Assembly (NCBI GenBank): GCA_900753315.1
Contig: CAADYP010000015.1
Coordinates: forward strand, 8,592-72,591
Origin: Clostridia bacterium
GTDB taxonomy: Bacteria > Bacillota > Clostridia > Christensenellales > UBA1242
Reading direction: 5' to 3'
Length of the DNA: 64,000 bases
Shown: positions 39,933 through 51,354 of the stretch, piece by piece
How positions within the stretch are numbered: the first letter of the stretch is position 1
Layout of the letters: the number at the start of each line of letters is the position of its first letter
Program-made: the position numbers and the translations under genes
The notes under the pieces: generated by a model
Seen by the model: only the letters and a program-made list of their open reading frames with translations
What the model was told of the DNA's origin: nothing
Database searches by the model: none

Positions 39933-42900
39933 TTAAAAATTATCATCTTTAATAGGCTGTTGTGTGCGCACACCATTTTGAGCATTATATTTGCATATTG
40001 AAATATATGGGCAAAACATGCACACATCTTTAACGGGTTTTGGCAAAATATTCCCATTTTTTATCTCTCTCAGTGCACCTTCTGTCACTTTTCCAACATA
40101 ATCAAACATTTGCTCGAAGTTTTCCGCACTTTGTCCATTTTTGAATGCAAACTCTCCATCTTTAACATTTCTCTTTCTGGACATTCCAATCAAATCACTC
40201 TTAAAATCATCTTGCCACAATCTTGTGTCAGTGTTCTCGACAATCTCATTATCTTTTTGCGTGATGCCATTAAACAAAATATGCTTTTGATTTTGCTTCG
40301 TATATTTTGTTTGGCAGTCAAAATAATAAACTCCTGCTGGATGCAATTTTGTTTGTTCTTTAATAATTTTGCCATACAAGAAAAGTTGGAGTTTTGTCCC
40401 ATAGAAAAGTTCTTTTCTTATGGTATCGGTGTCACCTGTTTTGTAGTCAACAATTCTAAAACAATCTCCACATTTGTCCACCCTATCAATAAAACCAACC
40501 AAATTTGAATCGCCAAGTTTTGTAGAAACTCGTTTTTCAAGCAATATGGGTCTAAAATTGCTGTTCTTTTGCTCATAAACTGCATTTTTCAAAATTATTT
40601 TACTTTCGTTTTTCAAATAATTTATAAAGAACTTTCTCTTTAAGATTTTTTCATCATAAACTTGCTTTGCAATTTCAAGAACATTTTTGCTTAAAAATAC
40701 ATCAATATCCCTGTCAGTCAATTTTGATATGTTAAACTCTTGCTTTTCAACAAAGCCCTTCAACAATGCGTGCTCAAAAATCCCAAATAAACGTTTATTT
40801 GGTTCAATGGTTTCTGGTTGTTTTATTCTCAAACCATAACTTACCAAATGTTTAAATGGACACGAAAAATAAGTTTCAAGTTGTGAAGCAGAAACATTAT
40901 TTTTTTTGAAGAAGGCATCATTCAAAGCTTCATTTTCAATTTCAAATTTGTTTTTCTTCAACTTTTTATCATCAATCAAACTTGAAATCACACCTCTCAA
41001 ATATGGTGGGATTTTTTTGTTAAAATTTAAATATTCATATGCAGAAAGCAAATTTTGTTCATTTCCAATGTAAAACAACAACTTGTCCAATGTTTCTTCT
41101 TTTGACAAACTTGGCAAATTCAAATCTTCAAGTGACACTGTATGAATAACATTGTTGCCAAACATTTTTGAAAGATCGTTAACAAAGCCTGCTTTCTGCG
41201 TTGTTTGACTTCCTTCTGAAGATGACTGACAAACAATAAGTTTTCGTTTCGCATGTTGCAATGTCTCAAAAAGTTTCAATCTATTTCTTCTGTTCAATAC
41301 TTTAATTTCTGGTTCCAAAGCAAAATCAAGTCTCAACTTTTTTATGTCTTCATCATCAATAATCCCTGTATCATTTTGAGTTTTTGGCAAAGCCCCAGCC
41401 GTCGCCCCCAAAACAAAAAGAGTATCCACGTCTGCAAAATAACTTTCTGTTGCATCACCAACATAAACTGCATCTATATATGTAGGGATTGTCTCCACTT
41501 TAACACTCTTGAAAGACAACATAAGCAAATTTTCAAAATCCACAATCGTCAATTTGTCATCAGCCCCAAGTTCGGCAAGTTTGTCCAACACTTTCAAAAT
41601 AAGTTCGGCAGATTGAGCATTTTCACTTTCCTTTTTAAAATAGCGTTCTTCGTCCAAATTTTTCAGGATTGTTTGATAATTTGGTGCAACTTCTTCCATT
41701 ACACTTCTCAAAACAACAGAAAATTTTGATGTGCAGTCACCCACCTTAAGTTGATTTACAAAAGACGAAATTGTCTCAAATTGTGGATAACGAATAAGCA
41801 TTTCTTGAGCATCTTCAATGTTATAATAGTCAATATTTTTTAAGATTTCTTCTTTGTCGGCAAAATTTAAAATCGCAGATGAAGCCAGAAATTTCAGACT
41901 TTCTTTTCTGACTCCAAGTTTTGCGATCTGAACAAGTTTAAGCAAAAATCTTCCCAAAATTGTCTTTGTCAAATCCACTGCTTCGTCACAATAACAAGAA
42001 ATTCCAAAATTCCCAAAAATTGTTTTTATGTCATCATAGTAATCCGCATTTGGCACAGCAACTGCAAAATCACGATAATTTTTTCCAAAATAAGTTTGAT
42101 GTTTGATATATTTTGCAACAAACTCAATCTCATCAAGTCTGTTTTTTGCGACAATATTATAAAAGTAATCAGATTTTCCTTCTTCAATTTCAAAAGAAAA
42201 TAAATTTTTGGCAAGCTTTAAATTATTTCCAGAAATAGCAGTCGAGAAATTTTCAACTTCAACATTTACGCCACATTCTTTTGCCAGCATTGTCGTTTTT
42301 TTGAATATGTCATCTTCATAAATATAAGCATTCCCCAAAGAAATTGGTCGCGAGAAGCCTATATAGATTTCGTTTACAAATTTTGCAAGTTTGCAAACAA
42401 AAGAATTTATTTCAGTAGAAAAACTGTCAAAATTGATAAAATATAGATTCGTTTTTAACAAATTTATGCCATTCTCAGCCTTGTTCAAGAAAAATTCGAG
42501 CAATTTTGAAAGATCAAGTTTGTCACCAAGCGTATTTTCATAACTTTCATAAACCAATTTCAAATCTTTCATTTTTCGATCAAGCAAGTCGTCGCCAACA
42601 TTTTTAATTTGCTCTGGTTTTATTTTGCAAGCCTTAAACTGTTTGATTATTTGCAAAATTTTTATGCAAAAATCTACACCACATTCGTGAAAATAAACAA
42701 AATCTTTCTCACAAGATTTGACAACTTTATAAATATTGAATATTTCTTCTAACTTTGTGATTCTTTGAAAACCAATATTTTCATTTCTCAAAAATTTACT
42801 CGCAAGCCTTGAAATACCAACAACTTCTGTGTTTAAAGTTGACTTTATTTTTAGCACATCAAATATCAAACTTTCTGCTTGCATAGAAAAAGAATCAGGC

Positions 42901-43004
42901 ACAACGACAAGATTTTGAATATCAATGTCGTCAGGTCTAATATTTTTCAAAACATTTATGCTTGCCTCGTATGCAGTCGCCCCTGTGATAAGTTTGATTT
43001 TCAT
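39933..43004 (-). CDS. addB: ATP-dependent helicase/nuclease subunit B
   Basis: Degenerate N-terminal ATPase. C-terminal nuclease GFIDRVDK...IVDYKTG. Cys residues (CPFKH, CMFCPYISIC) are consistent with an Fe-S cluster. Start is uncertain (ATG 43004 or TTG 43010). Confidence 0.8.
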   Translation of the reverse strand: MKIKLITGATAYEASINVLKNIRPDDIDIQNLVVVPDSFSMQAESLIFDVLKIKSTLNTEVVGISRLASKFLRNENIGFQRITKLEEIFNIYKVVKSCEKDFVYFHECGVDFCIKILQIIKQFKACKIKPEQIKNVGDDLLDRKMKDLKLVYESYENTLGDKLDLSKLLEFFLNKAENGINLLKTNLYFINFDSFSTEINSFVCKLAKFVNEIYIGFSRPISLGNAYIYEDDIFKKTTMLAKECGVNVEVENFSTAISGNNLKLAKNLFSFEIEEGKSDYFYNIVAKNRLDEIEFVAKYIKHQTYFGKNYRDFAVAVPNADYYDDIKTIFGNFGISCYCDEAVDLTKTILGRFLLKLVQIAKLGVRKESLKFLASSAILNFADKEEILKNIDYYNIEDAQEMLIRYPQFETISSFVNQLKVGDCTSKFSVVLRSVMEEVAPNYQTILKNLDEERYFKKESENAQSAELILKVLDKLAELGADDKLTIVDFENLLMLSFKSVKVETIPTYIDAVYVGDATESYFADVDTLFVLGATAGALPKTQNDTGIIDDEDIKKLRLDFALEPEIKVLNRRNRLKLFETLQHAKRKLIVCQSSSEGSQTTQKAGFVNDLSKMFGNNVIHTVSLEDLNLPSLSKEETLDKLLFYIGNEQNLLSAYEYLNFNKKIPPYLRGVISSLIDDKKLKKNKFEIENEALNDAFFKKNNVSASQLETYFSCPFKHLVSYGLRIKQPETIEPNKRLFGIFEHALLKGFVEKQEFNISKLTDRDIDVFLSKNVLEIAKQVYDEKILKRKFFINYLKNESKIILKNAVYEQKNSNFRPILLEKRVSTKLGDSNLVGFIDRVDKCGDCFRIVDYKTGDTDTIRKELFYGTKLQLFLYGKIIKEQTKLHPAGVYYFDCQTKYTKQNQKHILFNGITQKDNEIVENTDTRLWQDDFKSDLIGMSRKRNVKDGEFAFKNGQSAENFEQMFDYVGKVTEGALREIKNGNILPKPVKDVCMFCPYISICKYNAQNGVRTQQPIKDDNF

Positions 43005-43045
43005 ATCCAAATTTTAGCATATTTTTGCCAATAAATCAAACCTTT

Positions 43046-43789
43046 TTAGTTTTCAACCATATTATCAAAATTCTTTTTTGAAAGGTGTTTTTTAAGTGCA
43101 TTGTGTTTGTCCGAATTTAGATTTATAAGTTCGGATTGTAGTTTTTCATTTTCTGATTTAAGAATTTCAAAATCTTTTCTGAGCTCTGCTATCTGTTTGT
43201 CTTTTTGATTCAAATCTAAAAATGCCTTTTTAAGTAAATAATTTGATGACTGTCTTTCAATCTTACTCTTTTCCATGAAGTCATCAAGGGCAGTCTTTTT
43301 TATCAATTTCACAAGCCCCATAAAAAGACTGTTTATATCACTTTCAGTCAGCATTTTTTGTTTTTGCTTGAAAGGAATTATCTTTCCATTTTCTTCAACT
43401 TTTTTCTTCATGTTTTGATATTTGTTTTGATATCTCGTCATTTTTGTCAAATCGCCATCACTCAATTTCAAGCATGCCGATCTCACGGAAATCCCCTGCA
43501 TCGTCAAACTTTCAATCTTGTTCAAAAGGTCATTTTCTTCAGTTTTATCAAAATTTTTAAAATGCGTTTTGTCGTGTTTTGACAAATCAATGTTCAAATT
43601 TTTGCATCTCGCACCATCATTTTTTAAATTTTCGACTTCATGATAATAATAATTTCTTACACTGTTAGGCTTTCTTTTATATTTTTTTGCATGCAAGCAA
43701 AAAGCATTTTTTAATGCAGTCTGCCCATGCTTACAATTCTCAACTTCTCCAAACAATTCTTTAACTTCTTCGTCATTCCAAATTTTCAT
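43046..43789 (-). CDS. Hypothetical coiled-coil protein
   Basis: GGAGGACAAA-ATG at 43789. No diagnostic motif. Confidence 0.4.
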   Translation of the reverse strand: MKIWNDEEVKELFGEVENCKHGQTALKNAFCLHAKKYKRKPNSVRNYYYHEVENLKNDGARCKNLNIDLSKHDKTHFKNFDKTEENDLLNKIESLTMQGISVRSACLKLSDGDLTKMTRYQNKYQNMKKKVEENGKIIPFKQKQKMLTESDINSLFMGLVKLIKKTALDDFMEKSKIERQSSNYLLKKAFLDLNQKDKQIAELRKDFEILKSENEKLQSELINLNSDKHNALKKHLSKKNFDNMVEN

Positions 43790-43914
43790 TTTGTCCTCCA
43801 AAAACATTTTTGACAACAAAACCAAATTATAGACAGCTGAAGTTCAATAAATTGTGTCACATTTTGTCAGCAAGATTGTTGTATAAAAATTTTTTGTCGG
43901 TCATATAATTTGTT

Positions 43915-44784
43915 ATGAAAACAATATTAAAATCAAGTTATCCCTGCCTAGTAAAAGGCAAAAATTCTTATCATGAAATCGACAAAAACGATTTGCTCGA
44001 AATGGCTGATGAAGATATAATTTTCGTATATCCACAATGCTCTGGACAAATTCCTTTTTATATAAACCTTGTTTCTCCAGTTGAAAATTCAAATTTTTCA
44101 ATCATTCAAAAAGAAAATCAACAAATTTTTTTCTTGGAATCAAAATCCAATGTACAAATTGTGCAAAAAACAGTCTTGTACTTCTCTAATGCAAAGTGCA
44201 AAATTGAAATAGCAGAAAACACTCTTTGCATTGATAATGAAAACAAAAAAATTTCATACACTTGTCCACATTCGTGCGCACAAGCAAACATCTTTAAACA
44301 CAAAAATTTCGCATGCGTGCAATTTCCAAATGATTTTTATATATTCGACACCACAAAAAACAAACTCACACACTTTGGTGGAGATGAAATAAAATTTGAA
44401 AACGGAACTATTTTTGTTCAAAAAAAATTTCATGATAGTTTAAATCATGAAAAAACATATATTTGCAAACTTTCTGACAAAATTGAGATAGAAAAAGAAG
44501 ACTTTTCACAAGATTTTTCGCCTGATATTTCAAGCGATTTGCTCCCTTACAAAATTATGGAGAGTGTAAAAATCAAAGATTATCAATTTTTGATGCAGAA
44601 CTTATCAGAAAATCTAAAAAATTCTTTAAAAAATGTAAAATTTGATGATTTTTTTGAAAATTTTAATGATTTTTTACCATTGTCAACAACAGAATTTATT
44701 ACTATCTCAAACAAAACAAAAAATTATGTATCTTTCAGTCTTAACAACAATCTTGTTGATGACATTTCTATTGATAGATTATGA
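43915..44784 (+). CDS. Hypothetical protein (289 aa)
   Basis: Clean ORF with no motif. Confidence 0.4.
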   Translation: MKTILKSSYPCLVKGKNSYHEIDKNDLLEMADEDIIFVYPQCSGQIPFYINLVSPVENSNFSIIQKENQQIFFLESKSNVQIVQKTVLYFSNAKCKIEIAENTLCIDNENKKISYTCPHSCAQANIFKHKNFACVQFPNDFYIFDTTKNKLTHFGGDEIKFENGTIFVQKKFHDSLNHEKTYICKLSDKIEIEKEDFSQDFSPDISSDLLPYKIMESVKIKDYQFLMQNLSENLKNSLKNVKFDDFFENFNDFLPLSTTEFITISNKTKNYVSFSLNNNLVDDISIDRL

Positions 44785-45507
44785 CAAAATGCCTATAAGT
44801 TTTAAATTTTTATCAAAGTGACATTCAAAATTTTTAACCAATATTTTCAATAACGCTAATTCACTGTCTTCTGCAAGTTTGACAGTGTCTAGCTTCTCAA
44901 AATCTGTATTGTTCAAAATTTTGAGTGCCATATACACAACTTTTGGGATTTCTAGACTGGCAAAACCTTTGCACGCCATACATTCAATCTCTCCGGTTGA
45001 AAAATCGATAAACATTCTTTCAAAACTTTTTGTCCCACAACAAGAACACTTTTCTGTATAAAGCGGAAAACCTTGGATTTTAAACAATTCTATCAAAAAT
45101 TTGTCAAGTGCATAGATATCTTTGAGTTTCCCAAAACAAATAGCCTTTAAAGTTTTCAAAACCAGTATAAAAACGCTTGTGTTTTCTTGTTCGCTAGAAA
45201 AATTTAAAGCATTGACAATTTCCAAAACCGCTGTGCCTTCAAAATATTTGTTTATATCTTCGCTTATTTCATGGAAAGACTCCAACACTTCAAATCCAGT
45301 GACAACCTTTCCCATTTTTCCATCAGCCAAAACAAACTCACCAAAGCAAAAAGGATTTTGCGCCAATTTCATTTTTGCTGTTGGACTTTTTACGCCTTTG
45401 AGAGTTGCCCAAAATTTGCCATCTTCAAGAGAAAAAAGAAGAATATTTTTATCCTTCTCTTTCCTATCATTTGCTTTTATAACGATTGCTTTTACCTTTT
45501 CAGACAT
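44779..45507 (-). CDS. recO: DNA repair protein RecO
   Basis: The N-terminal OB-fold pattern KAIVIK...ILLFSLEDGKFWATLKGVKS and the central Cys pairs CSCCG...CMAC fit RecO. Confidence 0.75.
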   Translation of the reverse strand: MSEKVKAIVIKANDRKEKDKNILLFSLEDGKFWATLKGVKSPTAKMKLAQNPFCFGEFVLADGKMGKVVTGFEVLESFHEISEDINKYFEGTAVLEIVNALNFSSEQENTSVFILVLKTLKAICFGKLKDIYALDKFLIELFKIQGFPLYTEKCSCCGTKSFERMFIDFSTGEIECMACKGFASLEIPKVVYMALKILNNTDFEKLDTVKLAEDSELALLKILVKNFECHFDKNLKLIGILS

Positions 45508-45679
45508 TTCTTTCCTTATCTGTGCCCACTTTCTCCGCATTGTCCTTTTTGTTTTTGGTTCTCATTTCGTTTCTATAACTAGCAAATTGACTTACGGCTT
45601 CAATATTCCCTTGTGACATAACGACAGCATACCATTTAAGTTCGTCATCAATATCAACAAATCCAGAATACTTTTCCAT
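45500..45679 (-). CDS. Small protein upstream of recO (YqzL-like by position)
   Basis: AAAGGAGGGGTT-ATG. 59 aa. Overlaps the recO start by 8 nt. Family call is weak. Confidence 0.35.
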   Translation of the reverse strand: MEKYSGFVDIDDELKWYAVVMSQGNIEAVSQFASYRNEMRTKNKKDNAEKVGTDKERNV

Positions 45680-45819
45680 AACCCCTCCTTTGCTAGTTTG
45701 CGTAGTAAAGCAGCAACTATTCAATTACTCTTACATAATTATTTTAACATTTTAAAGGTAAAAATCAAATAAAAATCAAAAATTTTTCTAAAAAAACAGC
45801 ATTTTTTTGTATTTTTTAA

Positions 45820-46314
45820 TCAAAGTCTTTTTATGCTCATACTTGCATTGCTATATGTTGTAGTCTCACTAGTAGCATTTACTAATTGCAGGGTTGAAGT
45901 TTGATTGACAGTAATAATGATAGTTTTTCCCAAATTTACAACATTTCCTGCGGTAGCCGTATTAGTCAAAGTTGAACCTGGAACATCAGTCCCATTCAAC
46001 GAAAGTTTAGCTGAAATTGTTCCTCCAGAAGGGATAGTTCCTTCGGCAAAATAACTTATCTCATAAGTCCCCGCCAAAAGTCTGACAGCACCGGTGGTTG
46101 GACTTGTCGTTATATCAGAACCAGCACCAACACTTAATGTCACAGGAATAATCGCATTTGTCGCGATGCTACCTGGCGCAGTATTGTTGAAAAAACCATA
46201 CTGATTTGTTGGCAAAATAGGATTTATAATATTGTTTCCGCCTATGCACCCCAAATTTGATGGACACAAAATTGGGCATGGATGATTGAAAATACAACAG
46301 TTCATTCTTGGCAT
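45820..46314 (-). CDS. Cys-rich N-terminus + BclA-C/C1q-like jelly-roll protein (tentative)
   Basis: AAAGGAGTGAAT-ATG. N-terminus MPRMNCCIFNHPCPILCPSNLGC. The C-terminal part has alternating beta-strand patterns (LLAGTYEISYF..., LSLNGTDVPGS..., LQLVNATS) typical of BclA C-terminal-like domains. Confidence 0.35.
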   Translation of the reverse strand: MPRMNCCIFNHPCPILCPSNLGCIGGNNIINPILPTNQYGFFNNTAPGSIATNAIIPVTLSVGAGSDITTSPTTGAVRLLAGTYEISYFAEGTIPSGGTISAKLSLNGTDVPGSTLTNTATAGNVVNLGKTIIITVNQTSTLQLVNATSETTTYSNASMSIKRL

Positions 46315-46502
46315 ATTCACTCCTTTTAGACAACAATTGTTGTCTAGTCTCAATGTATTTTCTTTTTCTTTTTTTTGACACAAATTTATAAAAAAATAAA
46401 AGCCATCAATATCGATAGCTTTTAATTTGCATGCATTTATAACTCTCTAAAATATCCAATGTTAGATAATTTTTGTGCATAAAATGAAAAAATTGGATAT
46501 TG

Positions 46503-46673
46503 ATGCGACCAATTCATAGATTCCAAATGTAATTATCCCAAGAAAGAAATATGCACAAGTTCTTGATTTCCATCCATTGGGAAAATAGTTGCCGAGAACC
46601 AAATATGTATTCCCTAATAAAACTTGCTCAATTTTTTAACATATCAATAGATGAACTTGTAGGACTTCATTAA
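46503..46673 (+). pseudogene. XRE-family HTH gene interrupted by an in-frame TAA
   Basis: Single frame reads MRPIHRFQM-stop(46530-46532)-LSQERNMHKFLISIHWENSCREPNMYSLIKLAQFFNISIDELVGLH-stop. The second part matches the helix 2-3 and C-terminal pattern of short XRE repressors. Confidence 0.5.
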
Positions 46674-46729
46674 TACACAAATATTGATCATTTCTTTGCT
46701 CTAAATTTTTTTTATGATATAATAGAACC

Positions 46730-47290
46730 ATGAAAAGTAAAACGATAAAGTTTTGTATAATTGTATTTAATTTGTTGTTTGCTGTAAGCCTTGGACTTTA
46801 CATTGGCTTCAATTTCTCTCAGCCATATATGGCAATTTTTATCACTATGCTGATGTTTGTTTTCCATGTCGATATAAGACTTCTAATTGCAGTCTTATCC
46901 AGACTTTTTGCAAAAAACATCAATTTTAATAACAAAATTTTTAAAGTTCCTGCCAACGAATATAAATTTTTGGAAAAACTTAAAGTAAAAAATTGGAAGG
47001 ACAATTATATTGCATGGAACAAAAATCAATTCACGCTATCTTCAAAACTTGATGAAGAGTCCATCAATCGTGTCCTAAAAAACAATGTTATAGCAGAAGT
47101 CACACACATAATTTGCATTATCATAAGTTCGTTTGCAATTTTGATTGGTTGTCTATTATCAAAGTCAGAGTGGTGGATATATGTCATAACAACAGTGGTA
47201 AGTGATATTTTTTGTGATATATGTCCAATTATGATACAAAGATTCAATCGCTATAGATTGCAAAAAATCGCCGAAAGAATGAAAAAATAA
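46730..47290 (+). CDS. Membrane protein resembling the glycosyl-4,4'-diaponeurosporenoate acyltransferase (CrtO-like) family
   Basis: Pattern F..P..E..FLEKLKVKNWKD...F......AEVTH flanked by transmembrane segments. Confidence 0.4.
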   Translation: MKSKTIKFCIIVFNLLFAVSLGLYIGFNFSQPYMAIFITMLMFVFHVDIRLLIAVLSRLFAKNINFNNKIFKVPANEYKFLEKLKVKNWKDNYIAWNKNQFTLSSKLDEESINRVLKNNVIAEVTHIICIIISSFAILIGCLLSKSEWWIYVITTVVSDIFCDICPIMIQRFNRYRLQKIAERMKK

Positions 47291-47370
47291 TCCAAATTGT
47301 TTGTTTCAATAATAAAAAAAATGACAGTGCTTACTGTCATTTTCTATTTATAATATTATTTTCTCAAGTT

Positions 47371-48531
47371 TTATTGTGCAACGTTTTCTTCTATTGTTTC
47401 AATTTTGTTTTCTTTCAAGAAACGAACTAAATACAAAATTCCAACAGGCAAAACAAATATCATTGTCAAAACAATGAAAACTATATGCTTCGTTTTATTG
47501 TCAGTAACTTTTTCGTAAATATATTTTTTGTTTTTATATGCAAACACTAAAACCAAAATCATATACAAAAGGCCAAATAAACATGTTATACCTGCACCAG
47601 ATGTTTTTCCTGTAACATTTGGATTTCCAATAGCTTGAGCAATCAAAAGCAAAATAAGTATTCCAAAAAGAATTGCACAAACATTGCTCAATATGTAAAT
47701 TGCTTTTCCCATTGCAAAACAATCTACTTTTTCTTTTTTTTGCAAAGTCTCATGTTTTACTTTTCTTCTGATCAATCTTGCAATTTCAAAAGCACCATAG
47801 AAAGCAGTAGCCAAAACCATCATAATACAAAGGATCACTGGCAAATGCCAAGGAAATGGCAATCCCAAATCAAACAAATCAAATTTAAGCGAATATGCAA
47901 AGTTGTTTCCACTCAAAATTGAAGCAGTCATTGCGATGCTTCCAATATATGCGTAGCCAGCACACGCTTTCCAAATATTTTTTATTTCCACTTTAAATTC
48001 TTTGATTTTTATGAGATAGATTGGCACAAAAATCAACAAAGAATGAACTAAAACTGTTTGAATGTTTATGAAATGTAAAAATGGATAAGATTTGTCAAGA
48101 CAATCTGGATAACAGAAAGTCAAAATTCCACCAATCATTGCACATCCAAACAAGATGTTGTAAGCAAATTGCAAAAATTGATTATCTTTCTTGAGAAAGG
48201 CGCTCAAAATCAAAGTTGCAATCGTTGTCCAAGTCATAATTGCACACATTTGGAAAGAAATATTCCACCACCAATTGAAGTTTCCGGCATTTCCACCATT
48301 GTGAACATGCATTAAATACTTGTAAACCGTTCTGCTTACTTCCAAGACAAACAAAATGCATGCGATAGCGATTTTAGTTATCTTTTTGCCTTTTTCACTT
48401 TTGGCACTAAAAATAAACAAGCTTGAAATAACAACAAGAGCAACAAACAAAATTAAAAACAAATGGTTTGTGTTGAAGAACCAATCAATGTTGTTTGCCA
48501 ACTTGTTATCAAATCCAAAAAAGTAATTCAT
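47371..48531 (-). CDS. Polytopic membrane protein (YwaF/TMEM164-like, tentative)
   Basis: At least 9 hydrophobic segments. Loosely similar in organisation to 62745-63608. Confidence 0.4.
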   Translation of the reverse strand: MNYFFGFDNKLANNIDWFFNTNHLFLILFVALVVISSLFIFSAKSEKGKKITKIAIACILFVLEVSRTVYKYLMHVHNGGNAGNFNWWWNISFQMCAIMTWTTIATLILSAFLKKDNQFLQFAYNILFGCAMIGGILTFCYPDCLDKSYPFLHFINIQTVLVHSLLIFVPIYLIKIKEFKVEIKNIWKACAGYAYIGSIAMTASILSGNNFAYSLKFDLFDLGLPFPWHLPVILCIMMVLATAFYGAFEIARLIRRKVKHETLQKKEKVDCFAMGKAIYILSNVCAILFGILILLLIAQAIGNPNVTGKTSGAGITCLFGLLYMILVLVFAYKNKKYIYEKVTDNKTKHIVFIVLTMIFVLPVGILYLVRFLKENKIETIEENVAQ

Positions 48532-48632
48532 AATTTTTTCTCCTATTGAAAGTATATCAAAGGTTCATATAAAAACAAAATGTTTTCAGAAATATTTTAT
48601 ATAATTATATTTCTCAAAACATTTCTTTCATT

Positions 48633-50018
48633 TTAACCTTGAATAGAACCAACAGTTCTTGGGAAAAGTTCGACATCTCTGATGTTTGAAATTCCTGTCA
48701 AATACATAACAAGTCTTTCAAATCCAAGTCCGTATCCAGAATGAACATTTGTGCCATATCTTCTTGTGTCAAGATACCAAGAATAATCTTCTTCTTTAAG
48801 TCCAAGTTCGTGGATTCTTGCAATCAGTTTGTCAAGTCGTTCTTCTCTTTGACTTCCGCCAATAAGTTCGCCAATGCCAGGGACAAGCATATCAACAGCG
48901 GCAACCGTTTTTCCGTCATCATTTTGACGCATATAAAATGCTTTGATGTCCTTTGGATAATTTTTCAAGAATACAGGTTTTTTGTAAACTTCTTCTGTTA
49001 AATATCTTTCATGTTCTGACTGCAAATCAATACCCCATTTGACTGGGAATACAAAGTTTTTGTCTGCTTTCTTCAAAATTTCAATAGCATCAGTGTAGTC
49101 AAGTCTAACAAATTCATGGCTTACAACATTGTTCAATCTTTCAATAAGTCCAGTATCAACAAACTTGTTTAAGAATTGGATTTCATCGTTACATTCTTTC
49201 ATAACATAAGAAATAACATATTTTATCATTTCTTCCTCGTTGTTCATAACGCCATCCAAATCACAGAAACAAATTTCTGGTTCCATCATCCAAAATTCTG
49301 CAGCATGACGAGATGTGTTTGAGTTTTCTGCTCTGAAAGTTGGCCCAAAAGTATATGTTTTTCCAAAAGCATGAGTGATTGTTTCTTCATGAAGTTGGCC
49401 AGAAACAGTCAAAGAAACTTTTTTGCCAAAGAAATCTTTGCTGTAATCAACCTTTCCATCTTTTGCAATTCTGTCAAGGTCAAGAGTTGTTACTTGAAAC
49501 ATTTCTCCTGCTCCTTCGCAGTCATTGGCTGTGATGATTGGAGTGTTTACATAGACAAAGTTTCTTTCATTGAAAAACTTGTGGATTGCAAATGCAGCAA
49601 CTGAACGAATTCTAAACACTGCATTAAACAAATTTCCTCTGCAACGAATTGTTGGAATGGTTCTCAAAAATTCAACTGTGTGTCTTTTCTTTTGAAGCGG
49701 ATAATCTGTCGCGCATTCTCCCAAAACTTTTACACTTGTTGCATTGATTTCAAAAGGTTGTTGGGCATTTGGTGTAACAATCACCTTTCCCAAGACTTCA
49801 AATGAAGAACCAACATTTTGCTTTACGATTTCTTCATAATTTGCGATCTTCCCCCTTTCAACAACAATTTGAACACTCTTAAAAGCACCATCATTAAGTT
49901 CGATAAATGCGATGTTTTTTGAGTCACGAACTGTTCTTGCCCAACCACAAACTGTGATTTCTTTGTCGGCAAAATCAGCATATGTTTTATATAAATCTCT
50001 TATTTCTATTCTTTTCAT
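48633..50018 (-). CDS. asnS: Asparagine--tRNA ligase
   Basis: Class IIb pattern: [56 protein letters not shown]. Confidence 0.85.
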   Translation of the reverse strand: MKRIEIRDLYKTYADFADKEITVCGWARTVRDSKNIAFIELNDGAFKSVQIVVERGKIANYEEIVKQNVGSSFEVLGKVIVTPNAQQPFEINATSVKVLGECATDYPLQKKRHTVEFLRTIPTIRCRGNLFNAVFRIRSVAAFAIHKFFNERNFVYVNTPIITANDCEGAGEMFQVTTLDLDRIAKDGKVDYSKDFFGKKVSLTVSGQLHEETITHAFGKTYTFGPTFRAENSNTSRHAAEFWMMEPEICFCDLDGVMNNEEEMIKYVISYVMKECNDEIQFLNKFVDTGLIERLNNVVSHEFVRLDYTDAIEILKKADKNFVFPVKWGIDLQSEHERYLTEEVYKKPVFLKNYPKDIKAFYMRQNDDGKTVAAVDMLVPGIGELIGGSQREERLDKLIARIHELGLKEEDYSWYLDTRRYGTNVHSGYGLGFERLVMYLTGISNIRDVELFPRTVGSIQG

Positions 50019-50037
50019 AAAACTATCTCCTAAAAAA

Positions 50038-51321
50038 TTATGGTGTGATTCTATCTGGTCCTCTAAACAAGAACATTGATTCTTTAATGTTTGGAAGTTC
50101 GAGCATGTTCATTGTGATTCTGTCAAGTCCAAGTCCAAAGCCACCATGTGGCAAACATCCATATTTGAAGAATTGCAAATAAAATTCAACATCTTTTGCC
50201 AAACCTTTTTCTTCTGCTTGTGCTTTCAAGATTTCATATCTGTGTTCTCTTTGAGCACCTGTTGTGATTTCTACACCTTTCCAAATAAGGTCATATCCTT
50301 GTGGGATACCATTTTTTCTCATGTGATAGAATGCTCTCTTTTGTGCACTATAATCAGTTACAAGCAAAAATTCATGTCCATAAACTTCTTTTGAAAATTG
50401 CCAACAAAGTCTTTCTGCTTCTGATGTCAAATCTCCTTTTTCTGATTCAGGAACAACAAGCCCATATCTTTTTTCAAGTTCGGCATACAAATCAGCAAGT
50501 TTGATTCTTGGGAATGGCATTGTTGGAACGACAATATCAACTCCAAAAACTTCTTTGATTTCTTTTCCATATTTTTCTGCAACAGCCTTGAGAGCATAAG
50601 TTAAAAGTTCTTCTTCAACTTTCATAACATCTTCAAAACTTTCTACACCAGAAAATTCAAGGTCGAAACCAGTAAATTCAGTTGCATGCTTTCTCGAGTG
50701 AGATTTTTCAGCACGGAAAACTGGACCACATTCAAAAATTCTACCCAATCCGCCTGACATGGCCATTTGTTTGTAGAATTGTGGGCTTTGTGCCAAATAA
50801 GCATATGTGTCGAAGTATTTAACTTGGAATACTTCAGAGCCTGATTCTGACGCTGTTCCAATCAATTTTGGTGAGTGGATTTCAATAAAATCATTTTTAA
50901 GCAAATATTCTCTCATTGCTTGTGTAAAGAAAGTTTGAACTTTGAAAAGCAAAGCATTTTTTTCTTGTCTCAAATCAAGCCAACGATAGTCAATTCTTTG
51001 GTCAAGGTTGCTTTCTGGTCCAATAGGATAAACCTCGGCAGTGCTTGTAACCTCAACGCTTTCTGCCAAAACTTCTTGTCCACCCATTTTGACATATTCG
51101 CTCTTTACGAGTTCTCCCTCAACAGTGACTGTCGAACCTGTAAGCAAGTGTGCGAAAACTTCTCCAACTTCTGGATGTGTAACTTTGTCAACAGTAACTT
51201 GAATTTTTCCTGAAAAGTCTCTCAAGATGACAAATTGAATGTTTTTCTTGTCTCTGACAGTTTCAATCATTCCTTGAAATCTAACTTTTCCTACTTCCAA
51301 TTTTGAAATTTGTGTTGTCAT
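50038..51321 (-). CDS. aspS: Aspartate--tRNA ligase, short (archaeal/type 2-like) form
   Basis: About 427 aa. [36 protein letters not shown]. Preceded by an Asp-specifier T-box. AAAGGAG RBS at the ATG 51321. Confidence 0.75.
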   Translation of the reverse strand: MTTQISKLEVGKVRFQGMIETVRDKKNIQFVILRDFSGKIQVTVDKVTHPEVGEVFAHLLTGSTVTVEGELVKSEYVKMGGQEVLAESVEVTSTAEVYPIGPESNLDQRIDYRWLDLRQEKNALLFKVQTFFTQAMREYLLKNDFIEIHSPKLIGTASESGSEVFQVKYFDTYAYLAQSPQFYKQMAMSGGLGRIFECGPVFRAEKSHSRKHATEFTGFDLEFSGVESFEDVMKVEEELLTYALKAVAEKYGKEIKEVFGVDIVVPTMPFPRIKLADLYAELEKRYGLVVPESEKGDLTSEAERLCWQFSKEVYGHEFLLVTDYSAQKRAFYHMRKNGIPQGYDLIWKGVEITTGAQREHRYEILKAQAEEKGLAKDVEFYLQFFKYGCLPHGGFGLGLDRITMNMLELPNIKESMFLFRGPDRITP

Positions 51322-51354
51322 TTTCTTTTTCTCCTTTTTCACTTGCATCAAGGT

